64,000 bases of DNA from Advenella sp. Its GTDB lineage: Bacteria; Pseudomonadota; Gammaproteobacteria; Burkholderiales; Burkholderiaceae_B. The notes below the pieces were generated by a model. It was not told where the DNA came from. It worked only from the letters and a program-made list of their open reading frames with translations, and did not search any database. The DNA is taken from assembly GCA_034006805.1 (NCBI GenBank), contig JAVESC010000001.1, positions 42,627 to 106,626 of the forward strand, read 5' to 3'. The translations under genes and the position numbers were made by a program. Below are positions 48,088 to 57,309 of the stretch, piece by piece; the stretch's first letter is position 1; the number at the start of each line of letters is the position of its first letter.

Positions 48088-48116
48088 TTGACAATAAATT
48101 GTCGGAATTGATTATA
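48088..48116 (+). promoter_or_regulatory. Candidate sigma70 promoter for the Bug/SMP-30 pair
   Basis: TTGACA (48088-48093), a 17-nt spacer, then ATTATA (48111-48116), about 55 nt upstream of ATG 48172. Confidence 0.4.
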
Positions 48117-48171
48117 TGTTAGGAGTTTATTGCCATGTCTAGTGACATCATGATGTTTTGGAGGAACGCAG

Positions 48172-49146
48172 ATGTGCAATATTAAACGATGCAATTTTAT
48201 CACTGCCGTAATGAGTGTTGCGATACTTGCCGCCCAGCCTGTTTATGCACAAGTTAACGGGAAACCTATCACGCTTGTGGTGCCATATGCTGGTGGTGGA
48301 ACCAATGACAGTTTTGCCCGCTTGCTGGCAGAAGGAATGAGTAAAGAGCTGGGACGACATGTTATTGTTGAAAACAAAGGGGGCGCTAATGGCATTATCG
48401 GATCTTCTTATGTTGCCCGTTCCCGTGCTGATGGCTCGACATATTTATTAAGCGGAACGGGACCTGTTTCTTTAAATATCATGCTGCGCTCCGATTTGCC
48501 ATACAATTTTGACAGCTTTGATTCTGTTGCCATGTTGTTTGACGGTCCGCTAACGATCACAGTGCCCACATCACTGGGGGTGAATTCTCTGGAGGAGTTG
48601 ATTGATCATGGCAAAAAAGCGAATAAATCGCTGCTGGCAGGCACAATGGGGCCAGGGAGTGTGACTGACCTTTATAACCGGATTGTTGCCAAAACGTTCG
48701 ATATGCCAATAACGGCTGTGGCCTACAAGAATAATACCGCATCGTTAATTGACCTGATGGCAGGACGTGGAGACTTGTCTTACGCTACCCCCATTGCGCT
48801 GATTGAATATCAGAAAACGGGCAATCTGAACATTCTGGCCTTGACGACAGACGAACGTGATCCTTCGTTTCCAGACATCCCCACTGTAACAGAGCTGGGT
48901 TATCCGCAGCTCAAAACTTCTTACTGGACGGCTTTGCATGCGCCTAAAGGCACGCCTGCCAAAGATATTGAAGCGGTTTCAGCTGCTGCTATCAAAACCA
49001 TTCAAAGTGAGGCGTTTCGTAAACTTTTGCGTGATAATGGGCAGACCGAAAAAGCAGGAGGACCAGAAGTATTGGATGCCCAGCTTCAGGCAGACCGGGA
49101 TTACTGGGGAAAAATCATTCACGAAAATAATATTTTGATTAATTAA
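48172..49146 (+). CDS. Bug-family (TctC-like) substrate-binding protein
   Basis: Signal peptide, VVPYAGGGTNDSFARLL and YKNNTASLIDLMAGRGD Bug motifs. ggagg RBS 7 nt upstream. Confidence 0.88.
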   Translation: MCNIKRCNFITAVMSVAILAAQPVYAQVNGKPITLVVPYAGGGTNDSFARLLAEGMSKELGRHVIVENKGGANGIIGSSYVARSRADGSTYLLSGTGPVSLNIMLRSDLPYNFDSFDSVAMLFDGPLTITVPTSLGVNSLEELIDHGKKANKSLLAGTMGPGSVTDLYNRIVAKTFDMPITAVAYKNNTASLIDLMAGRGDLSYATPIALIEYQKTGNLNILALTTDERDPSFPDIPTVTELGYPQLKTSYWTALHAPKGTPAKDIEAVSAAAIKTIQSEAFRKLLRDNGQTEKAGGPEVLDAQLQADRDYWGKIIHENNILIN

Positions 49147-49170
49147 AGCCCAGTTTTTTAAGCCTTAAAT

Positions 49171-50064
49171 ATGACGATTAATATTGAATCATTGGGTCCG
49201 GTTCGGGCCAAGCTGGGTGAATGCCCTATATGGGATGCGGAAAGTCGGCAATTGTGCTTTCTGGATTGCCGGGTTGGTCGTATTTACCGGCTTGACCCCG
49301 CAACAGGTCAGATAATTCAAACTTATCGTATACCGGCGCCTGCCGGATCATTTGCCTTGAATGCGGATGGCCGTTTTCTGGTCGCCTTGAAAGAGGAAAT
49401 GGCGCTGCTTGATCCGGTTTCCGGGGCGCTTGAGTACATTGCACGAATTCATGACAGTCACCCTAACCTGCGCTTGAATGACGGTGAAGCGATGCCAGAT
49501 GGCTGTTTTGTAGTGGGAACTATGCATAGTTTGCGGGAGGAAGGGCAGGATCCGCTGGGCGGACTTTACCGACTTGCTCCAGATGGTTCTTTTGAACGAC
49601 AGGACAAGGGATTTGGTGTGACTAATGGTCCATGTGTAAATCCTTTGGATGGCCGTCTCTATGTGAGTGACAGCAGTCAGCAGGCCATCTATTCTTACGA
49701 AATCACGCCTGCGGGTAAATTGCTTGATCAACGTCTTTTTATCAATACAGGAAAATATGGGTCCGGTCCTGATGGTTGTTGTTTTGACCGCTTGGGCGGC
49801 TTGTGGGCGGCACTGGTACGTGAAGGAGCAATAGCACGGTTTGGACCGGATGGTACGTTGACACATAAAATTGATGTGCCGGTAACGCATCCGGCCTCAT
49901 TATGTTTTGGTGGTGATAATCTGGATGAGTTGTTTGTAACGAGCATTAGCGATAGTGGTCGTTTGCGGGCCGAGGGCGCATTGGATGGCGCAGTTTTACG
50001 AATTCGTGGCACCGGTATGCAAGGTTTCGCATTGGCAAAAACACGTATAGGTATGACTGTGTAG
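49171..50064 (+). CDS. SMP-30/gluconolactonase/LRE-family protein (six-bladed propeller lactonase-like)
   Basis: LGECPIWD, RLNDGEAMPDG, NGPCVNP and PDGCCFDRLGGLW blade motifs. Confidence 0.85.
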   Translation: MTINIESLGPVRAKLGECPIWDAESRQLCFLDCRVGRIYRLDPATGQIIQTYRIPAPAGSFALNADGRFLVALKEEMALLDPVSGALEYIARIHDSHPNLRLNDGEAMPDGCFVVGTMHSLREEGQDPLGGLYRLAPDGSFERQDKGFGVTNGPCVNPLDGRLYVSDSSQQAIYSYEITPAGKLLDQRLFINTGKYGSGPDGCCFDRLGGLWAALVREGAIARFGPDGTLTHKIDVPVTHPASLCFGGDNLDELFVTSISDSGRLRAEGALDGAVLRIRGTGMQGFALAKTRIGMTV

Positions 50065-51000
50065 TTAACTTCCTAATTGCCGGTAAGCCAGAAAGCGGCG
50101 TTCGTGACCGGAAACTTCCTCGGCCACAAAATCCAGAAAAGTACGAATCTTGGCGGGAATAATGGGTGAATCCTGAATGGTCGCATAAATGCCATCTTCA
50201 AACGAGGAATTGGTGACACGAAATTCGGGTAATAGCCGGACTAACTTGCCTTGGGCAATGTCGTTGGCAACGGTATAGTCATCCAGCAGCGCTATACCTT
50301 CGCCCAATCGAGCCAATTCCAGCAAAGCAATACCATTATTACTGATGTGCCTTGGATTCAGGGAGACCTCCTCGGTTCCTTTGTCCGACAAATACCAGCA
50401 GATATAGCGTTCCCCGGGTTTCTGATAGCAAAGACATGCGTGGTCGCTTAATTGTGCCGGGGTGCTTAGCTCGGGCATGGTGGCGATATAGTCCGGTGAG
50501 GCTACGAGGTAGCGTTCGCTTTTGAATAGAATGCGTCGTTTGAGGCCGGCTTCTACAGGGGGGCTGATACGAAAATCAATATCAATTTGCTGTTGGCGCA
50601 GGTCAGCATATGTTTCTGACAGAAGCAGTTCGATTTTTATATCTGGATACAGGGTACGGAAGCGCGCAATAAGTGGTGTCAGTACCCCGATCCCGAACAT
50701 AACTCTTGAATGAACCCGTAACAAACCCTGCGGGGAAGAGCTGATGGCGGTAATGCTGTTGTGGGCATGGTTAATACTCCACAGAATGCCTTCCAGTTGG
50801 TGAGCATACTCTTGGCCTGCTTCCGTCAACATGACTTGCCGTGTTGAGCGTAAGAGTAGTTTTACATTGAGCTCTTGTTCTAGGTCTGTAATCAGGCGGG
50901 ATACGGATGTGGCAGAAACTGCAAATTGACGGGCTGTTTCGGTAAAACTTCGGCTGCGGGAAACCGATAAAAAATACTCCATGGCTTTAAGGCGGTCCAT
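50065..51000 (-). CDS. LysR-family transcriptional regulator
   Basis: N-terminal HTH SFTETARQFAVSATSVSRLITDLEQEL followed by a LysR substrate-binding domain. Divergent from the LLM monooxygenase gene. Confidence 0.9.
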   Translation of the reverse strand: MDRLKAMEYFLSVSRSRSFTETARQFAVSATSVSRLITDLEQELNVKLLLRSTRQVMLTEAGQEYAHQLEGILWSINHAHNSITAISSSPQGLLRVHSRVMFGIGVLTPLIARFRTLYPDIKIELLLSETYADLRQQQIDIDFRISPPVEAGLKRRILFKSERYLVASPDYIATMPELSTPAQLSDHACLCYQKPGERYICWYLSDKGTEEVSLNPRHISNNGIALLELARLGEGIALLDDYTVANDIAQGKLVRLLPEFRVTNSSFEDGIYATIQDSPIIPAKIRTFLDFVAEEVSGHERRFLAYRQLGS

Positions 51001-51015
51001 TATTACTCCAGAATT

Positions 51016-51109
51016 TGCAGGATAGATATTCTTTTTTTGTTTATTAATCAGATTTTTGATTGTAATTTAATATTTATCCTTGATTGCTGCAAAAAATGCA
51101 GGACAGATA
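51016..51109. promoter_or_regulatory. LysR/LLM divergent control region with repeated TGCAGGAYAGATA and an AATCA-N6-TGATT palindrome
   Basis: tgcaggatagata at 51016-51028 and tgcaggacagata at 51097-51109. aatcagatttttgatt at 51046-51061. Confidence 0.3.
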
Positions 51110-51192
51110 AGCTGTTTTTGTCTATTCCATATATTTTTGAATGTAATTAATATTGATCCATGTCAACTCATACACAGAAAAAAGGATTTATC

Positions 51193-52254
51193 ATGGATTT
51201 CGGGGTATTTATTCTTGCACAGCAACGTGGTTATCACCAGTCCTCAAAGCAAGTCATCAGCAACTCGGTTGAGCAGACCATCATGGCAGAACAGGCTGGA
51301 TTCAGCAATGCCTGGTATGCAGAGCATCACTTTAATAATTATTCGCTGTCTCCTTCTCCCTTAATGATGGTCGCGCATTGTGCTGGCGTTACAAAAAAAA
51401 TCCGTCTTGGTACGGGTGTTTGTATTTTGCCTTTATACCACCCTGCCCGTTTTCTGGCTGAAGTTGGTTTTGTTGATACGATTTCCAATGGCCGTCTTGA
51501 CCTGGGTATCGGCTCCGGCTATCAGGCTTTCGAATTTGAGCGTTTTGGCGTCAAAATGGAGGACGCTTTCAAAATCTATAATGAGTTCCTGGATATTATT
51601 CCTATGGGGCTGCAACAGAAATCGTTCGAGTATCAGGGAGAATTCCTGTCTATTCCCCCCAGTTCAATTGCGGTGCGCTGTGAACAGCAGCCAATGCCAC
51701 CTATTTGGGTAACGTCGGGTAACCCGGTTGCGCTAGGCCGTGGTGTACGTGAGAATCACAACCTTTTTGTAACCGCATTGCTGAATGGCACTGATGCAAT
51801 CCGTGATTTGCGCAGTCGTCTGGAAAAAGTGGCGCAAGACAATGGTAGGGATCTGGATCGTGACGTCAAGTTTGGTTTCCTGCGATGTGGTTATGCTTCT
51901 GATAATAAGGCTGAAATAGATGCTTATCTTGATTGTGCTCGTTTCCAGCGTCGTATTTCAGAAAGCCTGAAATATCGCCGCGCCCAGTCTGAAGACGGCT
52001 ACATGATTAAAGAGGTGCCCTCTGAAAAAGATGTCACTCTTGATGAATTGCGTAAAAACCTGCCAGTGGGTTCGGTTAATGAGGTGATTGACAAGTTATT
52101 GGAAGAAATCAGCATCCTTAAACCCAAACATATTGCCTTGCAAACACAGTTGGGTGACTTTGATCAAAAAACAATGCTGAAACAAATCGAGCTTTGGGGT
52201 GAAAAAATTATCCCGGCCATTCAGAAAGAAGTGAGCCCGGCGGCTGTCGTTTAA
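51193..52254 (+). CDS. LLM-class (luciferase-like) flavin-dependent monooxygenase
   Basis: MDFGVFIL start, AEHHFNNY and GRLDLGIGSGY motifs. ATG 51193 lies inside the longer track ORF. Confidence 0.85.
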   Translation: MDFGVFILAQQRGYHQSSKQVISNSVEQTIMAEQAGFSNAWYAEHHFNNYSLSPSPLMMVAHCAGVTKKIRLGTGVCILPLYHPARFLAEVGFVDTISNGRLDLGIGSGYQAFEFERFGVKMEDAFKIYNEFLDIIPMGLQQKSFEYQGEFLSIPPSSIAVRCEQQPMPPIWVTSGNPVALGRGVRENHNLFVTALLNGTDAIRDLRSRLEKVAQDNGRDLDRDVKFGFLRCGYASDNKAEIDAYLDCARFQRRISESLKYRRAQSEDGYMIKEVPSEKDVTLDELRKNLPVGSVNEVIDKLLEEISILKPKHIALQTQLGDFDQKTMLKQIELWGEKIIPAIQKEVSPAAVV

Positions 52255-52284
52255 GGTAAAGGGTTGCGACCCAAGGAGACTATC

Positions 52285-53079
52285 ATGCGTATTCATCTTA
52301 CAAATGCAGGTGCTATTACTGTTCTTGAGGCTTCAAATTTTCGTCAGCTTGATGTGTTGATTGATGCTCAATCTCCTGAAAAGCTGGAACAGGCTATTTC
52401 CAAAATTGGCAGCAGGGATGGTAATGACCATATTCGTTTGTCGCCAGCCATATTGCGCTTTCTTTCCTGCAAGGCCGGGGAGGCAGAATGGGAAGCCGGT
52501 TTTTCAGCAATGATTGAGTATGCGGCAAAGGCAGGTTGGGTTGATGAGAAGGGTAATGTGCGTGCGCATATTGTACGTAATGAAAGTGATGAAGTTGTAT
52601 CACAGCATGAGTTTAAAGCGGCCATGCGTGCTTTGCCAGCGGGTGTCAGTGCAGTTACCACTGGCAGCGGTGAAGAGGTGGCCGGCTTGATTGTGTCCAG
52701 CCTGACTTCAATTTCCGCTGAACCACCGTTGGTTGGTTTTTTTGTTAATGAGAGCTCATCTATTATTTCCGCTTTATTGGCTAATGGCCGTTTTGTTGCC
52801 AATGTATTGGGCGAAGAGCATCGTGAGGTAATGTCCGCTTTCCTGTGTGAAAAACAGGGACGTGCCCGTTTCTCCAAGGGAAGCTGGGGTTGCGGTCTGC
52901 ATGAGCAACCGGTTCTTAATGATGCCCTGGCCAGCGTTGAGTGCGATATTGTCAATACCCAGGCCTTGGGTACCCACCGCATGATTGTGGGCAAGATCCG
53001 CCGCTCCAGCAGTCGCCAGGCAAGCCCTATGATTAATTTCAATGCGGGCATGCATAGACTGGAAGCACTTCCAGCCTGA
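52285..53079 (+). CDS. Flavin reductase domain protein with an unassigned ~100-aa N-terminal extension
   Basis: The C-terminal ~160 aa match the flavin reductase split-barrel (FKAAMRALPAGVSAVTT..SLTSISAEPPLV). aaggag RBS before ATG 52285. Confidence 0.75.
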   Translation: MRIHLTNAGAITVLEASNFRQLDVLIDAQSPEKLEQAISKIGSRDGNDHIRLSPAILRFLSCKAGEAEWEAGFSAMIEYAAKAGWVDEKGNVRAHIVRNESDEVVSQHEFKAAMRALPAGVSAVTTGSGEEVAGLIVSSLTSISAEPPLVGFFVNESSSIISALLANGRFVANVLGEEHREVMSAFLCEKQGRARFSKGSWGCGLHEQPVLNDALASVECDIVNTQALGTHRMIVGKIRRSSSRQASPMINFNAGMHRLEALPA

Positions 53080-53105
53080 CTTTAAAACTACAGCCAACCG
53101 TATCC

Positions 53106-53134
53106 GGGCCACTTTTTTGGTGGCCCTTGTTTGG
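53106..53134 (+). terminator. Hairpin/terminator between the monooxygenase pair and the CoA operon
   Basis: gggccac tttttt g gtggccc followed by ttgtttgg. Confidence 0.5.
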
Positions 53135-53180
53135 GGTACAGGATGGGATTATCAAGACAATAAACAAGACAAGAATCACC

Positions 53181-53951
53181 ATGACTGAAAAATTTGTTCA
53201 TATTGAAGTATCCGATTACGTTGCGTTGCTTACCATGGATCGCAAGCCGGTTAATGCACTGAGTCGTGCAATGCGCCGCCAGTTGGTAGCCGCCTTTGAT
53301 GAAATATCGGCCAGAGAAGATATACGCTGTGCCGTTTTAACGGCAAGTGGCTCGGTGTTTTGTGCTGGCGCTGATCTGAAAGATCGTCCGGATGAAGATA
53401 TTCCTGGCGATTTTCTGGAGCATAACCGTATCACGCGTGAAACCGGTAATGCCATTCGTGAATGTGCAAAACCGGTGATTGCTGCTGTTAATGGTGCTGC
53501 TTTGGGAGCGGGCATGGGTCTGGCTGCCGCATGTGATATTTTGTATGCCTCTGAAAATGCGACATTTGGCATGCCTGAAATTAATGTGGGCCTGGCAGGG
53601 GGGGCTTCAATGTTGCGTACGTTGCTGGGGCGTTCTACCATGCGCCGCATGTTCTATACCGGACAACGCTTGACAGCCCATGATTTGTTGCGTCGTAATG
53701 TGCTTGAAGACGTGCTTAAACCCGAAGATTTGTTGCCCACAACTATGGCGCTGGCACGTGAGATTGCGTCAAAAGCGCCTTTGGCTACTATTTATGCCAA
53801 GCGTGCTGCCAATATGGTAGATGTCATGCCACAACGTGATGCTTACCGTTTCGAGCAGGAATTTACCATGATGCTGGCTAAAACCGAGGATGCCCGTGAG
53901 GCCCGTATGGCCTTTCTGGAAAAACGGGCACCGGTATTTAAGGGGCGTTAA
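53181..53951 (+). CDS. Enoyl-CoA hydratase/isomerase family protein
   Basis: VFCAGADLKD and GAALGAGMGLAAACD crotonase motifs. ATG 53181 lies inside the longer track ORF. Confidence 0.88.
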   Translation: MTEKFVHIEVSDYVALLTMDRKPVNALSRAMRRQLVAAFDEISAREDIRCAVLTASGSVFCAGADLKDRPDEDIPGDFLEHNRITRETGNAIRECAKPVIAAVNGAALGAGMGLAAACDILYASENATFGMPEINVGLAGGASMLRTLLGRSTMRRMFYTGQRLTAHDLLRRNVLEDVLKPEDLLPTTMALAREIASKAPLATIYAKRAANMVDVMPQRDAYRFEQEFTMMLAKTEDAREARMAFLEKRAPVFKGR

Positions 53952-53954
53952 ATT

Positions 53955-56087
53955 ATGGATACTCTTGTTAAGCAACTGCCTGGTGCAGGTATGGATGTTT
54001 TCTTTTCAGCCAAGGGAATTGCCATTATCGGAGCCTCCGATGATGTTACTAAAATTGGTGGCAGGCCCATACAGTTCTTGTTGAAATACGGTTATCAGGG
54101 GCAGGTTTATCCGGTTAATCCCCGTGGTGGAGTGATCCAGGGGTTACCGGCCTATACATCCATCAGCGAATTGCCAGGGCAGGCTGAAATGGCGGTACTG
54201 GCTGTGCCGGCTCCCGCAACTATTCAGGCTTTAAAAGATTGTGCCGAAGGTGGTGTCCGGGCTGTGGTGGTGTTGTCATCCGGTTTTGCAGAAGCCGGTG
54301 AGGAAGGTATCTTGTTGCAGGCAGAACTGGTTGCCATCGCACGCAAGTATGGTATTCGCCTGCTTGGGCCAAACTGTCTTGGTACCATCAGTGTTGAACA
54401 AGGCGTGATCGCTTCTTTTTCTATTATTCTGGAGCAGAGCATGCCGCCGGCCGGTCATGTGGGTATTGTGTCCCAGTCTGGTAATGTGGGTAGTTATGCC
54501 GTGCAGAATATTGCGCGTCGCGGTTTGGGCCTGAGCCATTTTATAGCGACTGGCAATGAGGCGGATATTGATGTTGCTGATGGTATTGCCGCACTGGCCA
54601 ATGATCCGCAAACACACCTGGTTTTATGCTGCATGGAAACCTGCCGTGATGCGGACAGGTTGATTTATGCGCTTGATCTGGCCAGAAAAAACAACAAACC
54701 GGTTGTTGTCCTGAAAATCGGCTCTACAGAGCAGGGGCAGGCTGCTGCTGCTTCACATACTGGTGCGTTGGCCAGTTCTGATGCCGTGATTGATGCGGTT
54801 TTTCGTCGTTATGGGGTTTTACGGGTTCATTCCATTGAGGCCTTGCTGGATATTGGGCATGCCGCCTCCCTGTTATTACCCGGAAAACTGCCTAAAGGTG
54901 ATCGTATTACTGTGCTTGCCGCCTCGGGGGGCTTTGGCATTATGATGGCTGACGCAACGGTTAAGGCCGGCTTAACCCTGGCGGCTTTAACTGATCAGAC
55001 CAAAGATAAAATCCGTGCGGTGTTGCCTTTGGCAGGAACCAATAATCCTGTTGATGCGACGGCCCAGGTTTCATCACGACCCGATGTGTTGTACAGCATG
55101 CTGTCTGCCTTAATGGAAGACCATTCCTCTGATGTCACGCAGGTCTTTCTTTCATTGTCTCTGTATAACGCACGCTTGCGTAGCGTCTATATGGAAGCAT
55201 TGCAAAAAATTCGTGCCAATTACCCGGATCGTCTGCTGGTGATCACGAGTCAGGGGCCGGCGGATGCGGTAAAAGAAATTAATGATATGGGTATTCCTGT
55301 TTTTCCAAGTATTGATGCGACAGCGCAGGGCCTGGCCGGTTTGGTGCAGATGAGCCGGCTTGCAACGGTGAATGAGGGAGAGCGTTATCAGGGGGTTGTA
55401 GAATCACTTGATTGTCAGGCTTTTCGTAATGAATATACCGCCAAGAAAGCCTTGGCCACTGCCGGTATCCCAATGTTGGATGAGGTGGTGGTGAGTTCGG
55501 CAGACCAGGCGGCACAGGAAGCGACTCGCATGGGATTTCCGGTGGTTCTTAAGATTGTGTCAGAAGATATTCAGCATAAAACGGAAATTGGCGGAGTAAA
55601 ACTGAATGTGCCTGATGAGGCCGGGGTCAGGGCTGCTTATGGACAGATTATGCAGTCTGTCACGGCGCATGCCCCGAATGCAAGGCTTGACGGAATTTTG
55701 GTTACACCAATGGTTAAAGGTGGTGCCGAGTTGATCATGGGGATTTCCAAAGACCCGGTTTTTGGTCCTGTCGTGATGGTGGGAACGGGGGGGATTTATG
55801 CAGAAGTGCTGCAGGATGTGGCGCTGCAGGCGGCACCTGTTTCTGAAGCCGAGGCACAGGACATGATTCGCTCGCTTAAATTGTTTGCGATTCTGGATGG
55901 TGCGCGTGGTCAGCCAAAGGCGGATATTAAAGCAGCGGCCACTACGCTGGCAAAACTGTCACAATTCGCCTGCCGTTACGCCGATGATGTGGCGGAAATT
56001 GATATGAATCCGGTTCTTGTCCGTCCTGAGGGGCAGGGAGCGATCGTGCTTGATGCACTCCTGATACCAACCACTAACGTTGTATGA
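53955..56087 (+). CDS. ADP-forming (NDP-forming) acyl-CoA synthetase, fused alpha/beta type
   Basis: 710 aa with a CoA-binding N-terminus IAIIGASDD, phosphohistidine loop ASHTGALASSD and a C-terminal ATP-grasp domain. Confidence 0.85.
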   Translation: MDTLVKQLPGAGMDVFFSAKGIAIIGASDDVTKIGGRPIQFLLKYGYQGQVYPVNPRGGVIQGLPAYTSISELPGQAEMAVLAVPAPATIQALKDCAEGGVRAVVVLSSGFAEAGEEGILLQAELVAIARKYGIRLLGPNCLGTISVEQGVIASFSIILEQSMPPAGHVGIVSQSGNVGSYAVQNIARRGLGLSHFIATGNEADIDVADGIAALANDPQTHLVLCCMETCRDADRLIYALDLARKNNKPVVVLKIGSTEQGQAAAASHTGALASSDAVIDAVFRRYGVLRVHSIEALLDIGHAASLLLPGKLPKGDRITVLAASGGFGIMMADATVKAGLTLAALTDQTKDKIRAVLPLAGTNNPVDATAQVSSRPDVLYSMLSALMEDHSSDVTQVFLSLSLYNARLRSVYMEALQKIRANYPDRLLVITSQGPADAVKEINDMGIPVFPSIDATAQGLAGLVQMSRLATVNEGERYQGVVESLDCQAFRNEYTAKKALATAGIPMLDEVVVSSADQAAQEATRMGFPVVLKIVSEDIQHKTEIGGVKLNVPDEAGVRAAYGQIMQSVTAHAPNARLDGILVTPMVKGGAELIMGISKDPVFGPVVMVGTGGIYAEVLQDVALQAAPVSEAEAQDMIRSLKLFAILDGARGQPKADIKAAATTLAKLSQFACRYADDVAEIDMNPVLVRPEGQGAIVLDALLIPTTNVV

Positions 56088-57307
56088 CATCATTAAGGTC
56101 AAGTATGGATTTTTATTCTAAACCTGTTATTCCAAATCCTGCCGCCTCACAGGATGCTTATCGCAAGCATGCCCGTGAATGGCTGAAAAGTAATGTTCCG
56201 GCCCATATGTTGGCCGACAGCCTGGCGTATCGTGCCCCAACCCTGCAAGAGTCCAGTGACTGGGAGGCAGCCATGTATCGGGCAGGCCTGGCCGGTATGA
56301 CCTGGCCCAAGGAATATGGGGGGTATGGTTTCAGTTTACGTGAGCATTTGGCGGTGAACAAGGAAATTGGAGCCCTGGCCCTGCCTGAAAGTGTCAGTTC
56401 CATTGGCAAAGAGCTGGCTGGCCCGATTATTATGACGGTGGGTACCGAAGAGCAAAAACAGGCATTTTTGCCGGCCATTCTGAAGATGGAGAATTATTGG
56501 TGCCAGGGCTTTTCTGAGCCGGATGCTGGTTCGGATTTGGCTCGGCTGCGTACCAAGGCCACCCAGGAAGGGGGGCACTGGCGTATCAATGGTCAGAAAA
56601 TCTGGACCAGTGGCGCAGCCAAAGCACATTATTGTTTATTACTGACCCGTACCGGGACGGTGGCGGACAAACACCGTGGTTTGTTAATGTTTGCCATTCC
56701 CATGAATACACCGGGTATCCGGGTTGTTCCGATTCGCTCCATTGATAATAAAGAATCCTTTGCCGAGGTTTTCTTTGATGATGTGGTGGTGCCTGACAGT
56801 GCCCGTTTGGGGGCGCCTGATGAGGGGTGGGGGGCTGCGATTCGCGTGTTATCAATAGAGCGGGCAACCAACCGGATGTATAGGGCATGGCGTTTTGAGT
56901 GCGAGTTGCGCCAGCTGGTTCAGGCGTGCCAGTCAGACAGGAAGTTGTCAGAGCGTCTGGGGGAAAGCTATTATCAGCGCCGCATTGGTCAGCTGCTGTG
57001 TGAAATTGATGCGCTCAAGGGATTGGTTGAAAAATCGGTTGATCAGCTTATGGCCGGTGATGCCATTGGTGCCCGTGGTTCTTTTACCAAGTTGTATTGG
57101 TCTGAATGTCACCAGGCCTTTATGGCATTGGCACAAGAGCTTGTGGCTCAGGTTGGTCCTGGCTCCAGCCCGTTGGTACAGCGTGCCCGCAAGCATTTCA
57201 CCACTGGCTATCTGTTCTCTCATGCTGAGACCGTTTATGCGGGCACAACAGAAGTACAGCTGGATATTATTGCTCAACGTATTATGCAATTGCCAAAGGA
57301 TATTTAA
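56084..57307 (+). CDS. Acyl-CoA dehydrogenase, large subunit-like
   Basis: 407 aa with FSEPDAGSD and WTSGA motifs. The C-terminal motif reads YAGTTEVQ (no Glu at the usual YEGT position). ATGA overlap with the upstream gene. Confidence 0.85.
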   Translation: MTSLRSSMDFYSKPVIPNPAASQDAYRKHAREWLKSNVPAHMLADSLAYRAPTLQESSDWEAAMYRAGLAGMTWPKEYGGYGFSLREHLAVNKEIGALALPESVSSIGKELAGPIIMTVGTEEQKQAFLPAILKMENYWCQGFSEPDAGSDLARLRTKATQEGGHWRINGQKIWTSGAAKAHYCLLLTRTGTVADKHRGLLMFAIPMNTPGIRVVPIRSIDNKESFAEVFFDDVVVPDSARLGAPDEGWGAAIRVLSIERATNRMYRAWRFECELRQLVQACQSDRKLSERLGESYYQRRIGQLLCEIDALKGLVEKSVDQLMAGDAIGARGSFTKLYWSECHQAFMALAQELVAQVGPGSSPLVQRARKHFTTGYLFSHAETVYAGTTEVQLDIIAQRIMQLPKDI

Positions 57308-57309
57308 TC

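Noticed and set aside
42889-48171. tRNA-Arg-linked genomic island
   Set aside because: The stretch holds accessory-looking genes and remnants. However, I found no integrase, no transposase and no direct repeat of the tRNA 3' end by eye, so island status cannot be supported from this window alone.
52368-53051. 227-aa ORF on the minus strand
   Set aside because: It is antisense to the flavin reductase gene, whose plus-strand product carries recognisable family motifs. The minus-strand product is Ser/Arg/Leu/Pro/Ala-rich low-complexity sequence.
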